Part shown: piece by piece, positions 23,724 through 25,107 of the stretch
How the letters are laid out: each line of letters opens with the position of its first letter
Position numbering within the stretch: the stretch's first letter is position 1
Assembly: GCA_040905465.1 (NCBI GenBank)
Contig: JBBDRK010000028.1
Coordinates: 14,517 to 39,623, forward strand
Direction of reading: 5' to 3'
DNA length: 25,107 nt
Source of the DNA: Trueperaceae bacterium
GTDB lineage: Bacteria > Deinococcota > Deinococci > Deinococcales > Trueperaceae
Notes under the pieces: model-generated
Databases searched by the model: none
Seen by the model: only the letters and a program-made list of their open reading frames with translations
What the model was told of the DNA's origin: nothing
Program-made: the position numbers and the translations under genes

Positions 23724-25107
23724 GTGGGCGCTGAGCCGAACGCATCCGGGAGCCTGCCGCTGCTGACCCTACTTCGTTCGATCAGGGTCATCCCGCGGGC
23801 CGTCGGGCTGCTTACCGAAGCCGCTCCGGGCTTGTTCGCCGCGGGCGCCGCCGTCACCATCGTGCAGGGCCTGGCGCCGGCGGCTGCCGGCCTGGTCACC
23901 AAGCTGCTTGTCGATATCCTGGCCGGCGGCGGGATGATCGGCGAGGGGCTGTGGCTGATGGTCGGCCTGCTGGCGGCCATCGCCCTGGTGGGTGGAGTCG
24001 CGCGCTACGTGGGCGACGCGCTGCGCGAGAGCCTACGCGAGAAGCTCCAGTACCACCTGCGCCTCAGGTTGGCCGGCCATGCCGCCGGCCTCGACCTGGC
24101 GTTCTTCGAGATGCCCGGTAACTACGATACCTTCGCCAAGGCACGCGAGGATCTCGGTTTCCGCCCGTTCCTGATGGCCTATGCGCTAATCGGCGCGCTA
24201 CAGAACCTGGCCACAGTGATCGGTTTCTTCCTGGCGGTGGTCGCCTTCCAGCCGCTGCTGGCGTTGGCGCTGCTGGTTGCCGCCCTGCCGACCCTGTTCG
24301 TTGCTGGCAAGTCGGGTATGGAGTCGTACAGCTCTCACGACCTGACCACGCCCGAGGGCCGGCGGGCCGCCTACCTGGAGGAGTTGCTCCAGCGTGACGT
24401 GCACGCCAAGGAGATCCGCCTCTACCAGCTTGCCCCGCGATTGCTGGAGCAGGTACGCACCCACCTCGGCAACGTCCTCGCGGCCCGGCTGAACATAATC
24501 CGCCTCAAGGCCTGGCGCTTCACTGGTGCTGACGTCGTGTCGGTACTGGTCCAGCACGCCGCGCTGGCGTTCGTGGTACTGCAGGTGGCGATGGGCCGCG
24601 CCACCCTGGGCGACCTGACGCTGCTGGTCGCCGCCCTGGCCGGCGTCCGCTCTGGCCTCACCCAGGCACTGGCCAGCCTCGGCGACCTGATCGAGAACAG
24701 TCTCTTCTTCCAGGATCTCACCGCCTTCCTGGCGCTGCGGCCGCGGCTGGTCGCGCCTTCACGGCCCCGGCCGGTGCCGGCCCGCGTTTATTCGGGGCTG
24801 GCCCTGGAGGGCGTCACCTTCGGATATCCAGGGTCGAATGCACGAGTGTTCGAGGGATTGAGCCTCGAGTTGCGGGCCGAAGAGGCCACTGCCTTGGTGG
24901 GCGTCAATGGCGCCGGCAAGACGACCCTGGTCAAGCTCCTGGCCCGCCTCTACGATCCGCTTGAGGGGCGGATCACCTTGGACGGCAGCGACATTCGCGA
25001 GTTCGACCCGCACGAGTACCGCGCGCGGCTGGCGGTGGTGCTCCAGGACTTCGAGCGCTACCAGTTGAGTGCGCTTGAGAACGTCGCCTTCGGGCGAGCC
25101 GAGGTGC
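23724..25107 (+). CDS. ABC exporter, fused permease/ATP-binding protein, 3'-partial
   Basis: GTG 23724 after GAGGG; TM helices, LDLAFFE, AKEIRLY, Walker A VGVNGAGKTT and Q-loop VLQDF; runs off the window. Confidence 0.9.
   Translation, partial: MGAEPNASGSLPLLTLLRSIRVIPRAVGLLTEAAPGLFAAGAAVTIVQGLAPAAAGLVTKLLVDILAGGGMIGEGLWLMVGLLAAIALVGGVARYVGDALRESLREKLQYHLRLRLAGHAAGLDLAFFEMPGNYDTFAKAREDLGFRPFLMAYALIGALQNLATVIGFFLAVVAFQPLLALALLVAALPTLFVAGKSGMESYSSHDLTTPEGRRAAYLEELLQRDVHAKEIRLYQLAPRLLEQVRTHLGNVLAARLNIIRLKAWRFTGADVVSVLVQHAALAFVVLQVAMGRATLGDLTLLVAALAGVRSGLTQALASLGDLIENSLFFQDLTAFLALRPRLVAPSRPRPVPARVYSGLALEGVTFGYPGSNARVFEGLSLELRAEEATALVGVNGAGKTTLVKLLARLYDPLEGRITLDGSDIREFDPHEYRARLAVVLQDFERYQLSALENVAFGRAEV

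Overview
A GC-rich bacterial chromosomal segment. I infer Deinococcota (Truepera/Deinococcus-like) from the gene content and from -10-like boxes sitting directly before start codons. In order it contains: the end of a sugar-utilisation cluster (alpha-mannosidase C-terminus, DUF624-like membrane protein, ThuA-like protein, Gfo/Idh/MocA oxidoreductase with two compensating frameshifts); an AbrB/MazE + Doc-like pair whose Fic motif is degenerate; a protein with a B3-like N-domain, disordered linker and winged-helix C-domain; a DEDDh exonuclease; a minus-strand run (stand-alone DUF2156, YghZ-like aldo-keto reductase, 'quinate dehydrogenase'-like protein, GT2); SulP plus a CsoR/CstR-type regulator with a candidate operator; surE; an orphan receiver domain; nitronate monooxygenase; a lexA-imuY-imuB-C mutagenesis cassette with a clear palindromic operator but no adjacent dnaE2; an NMT1/SsuA-like binding protein; a dienelactone-hydrolase-like and erythromycin-esterase-like pair; a deletion scar joining RibD/DHFR-like and RES-toxin remnants; a wHTH regulator; and a partial ABC exporter. 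I saw no rRNA, tRNA, CRISPR array or transposase. All family calls come from recognising motifs by eye, not from database searches.
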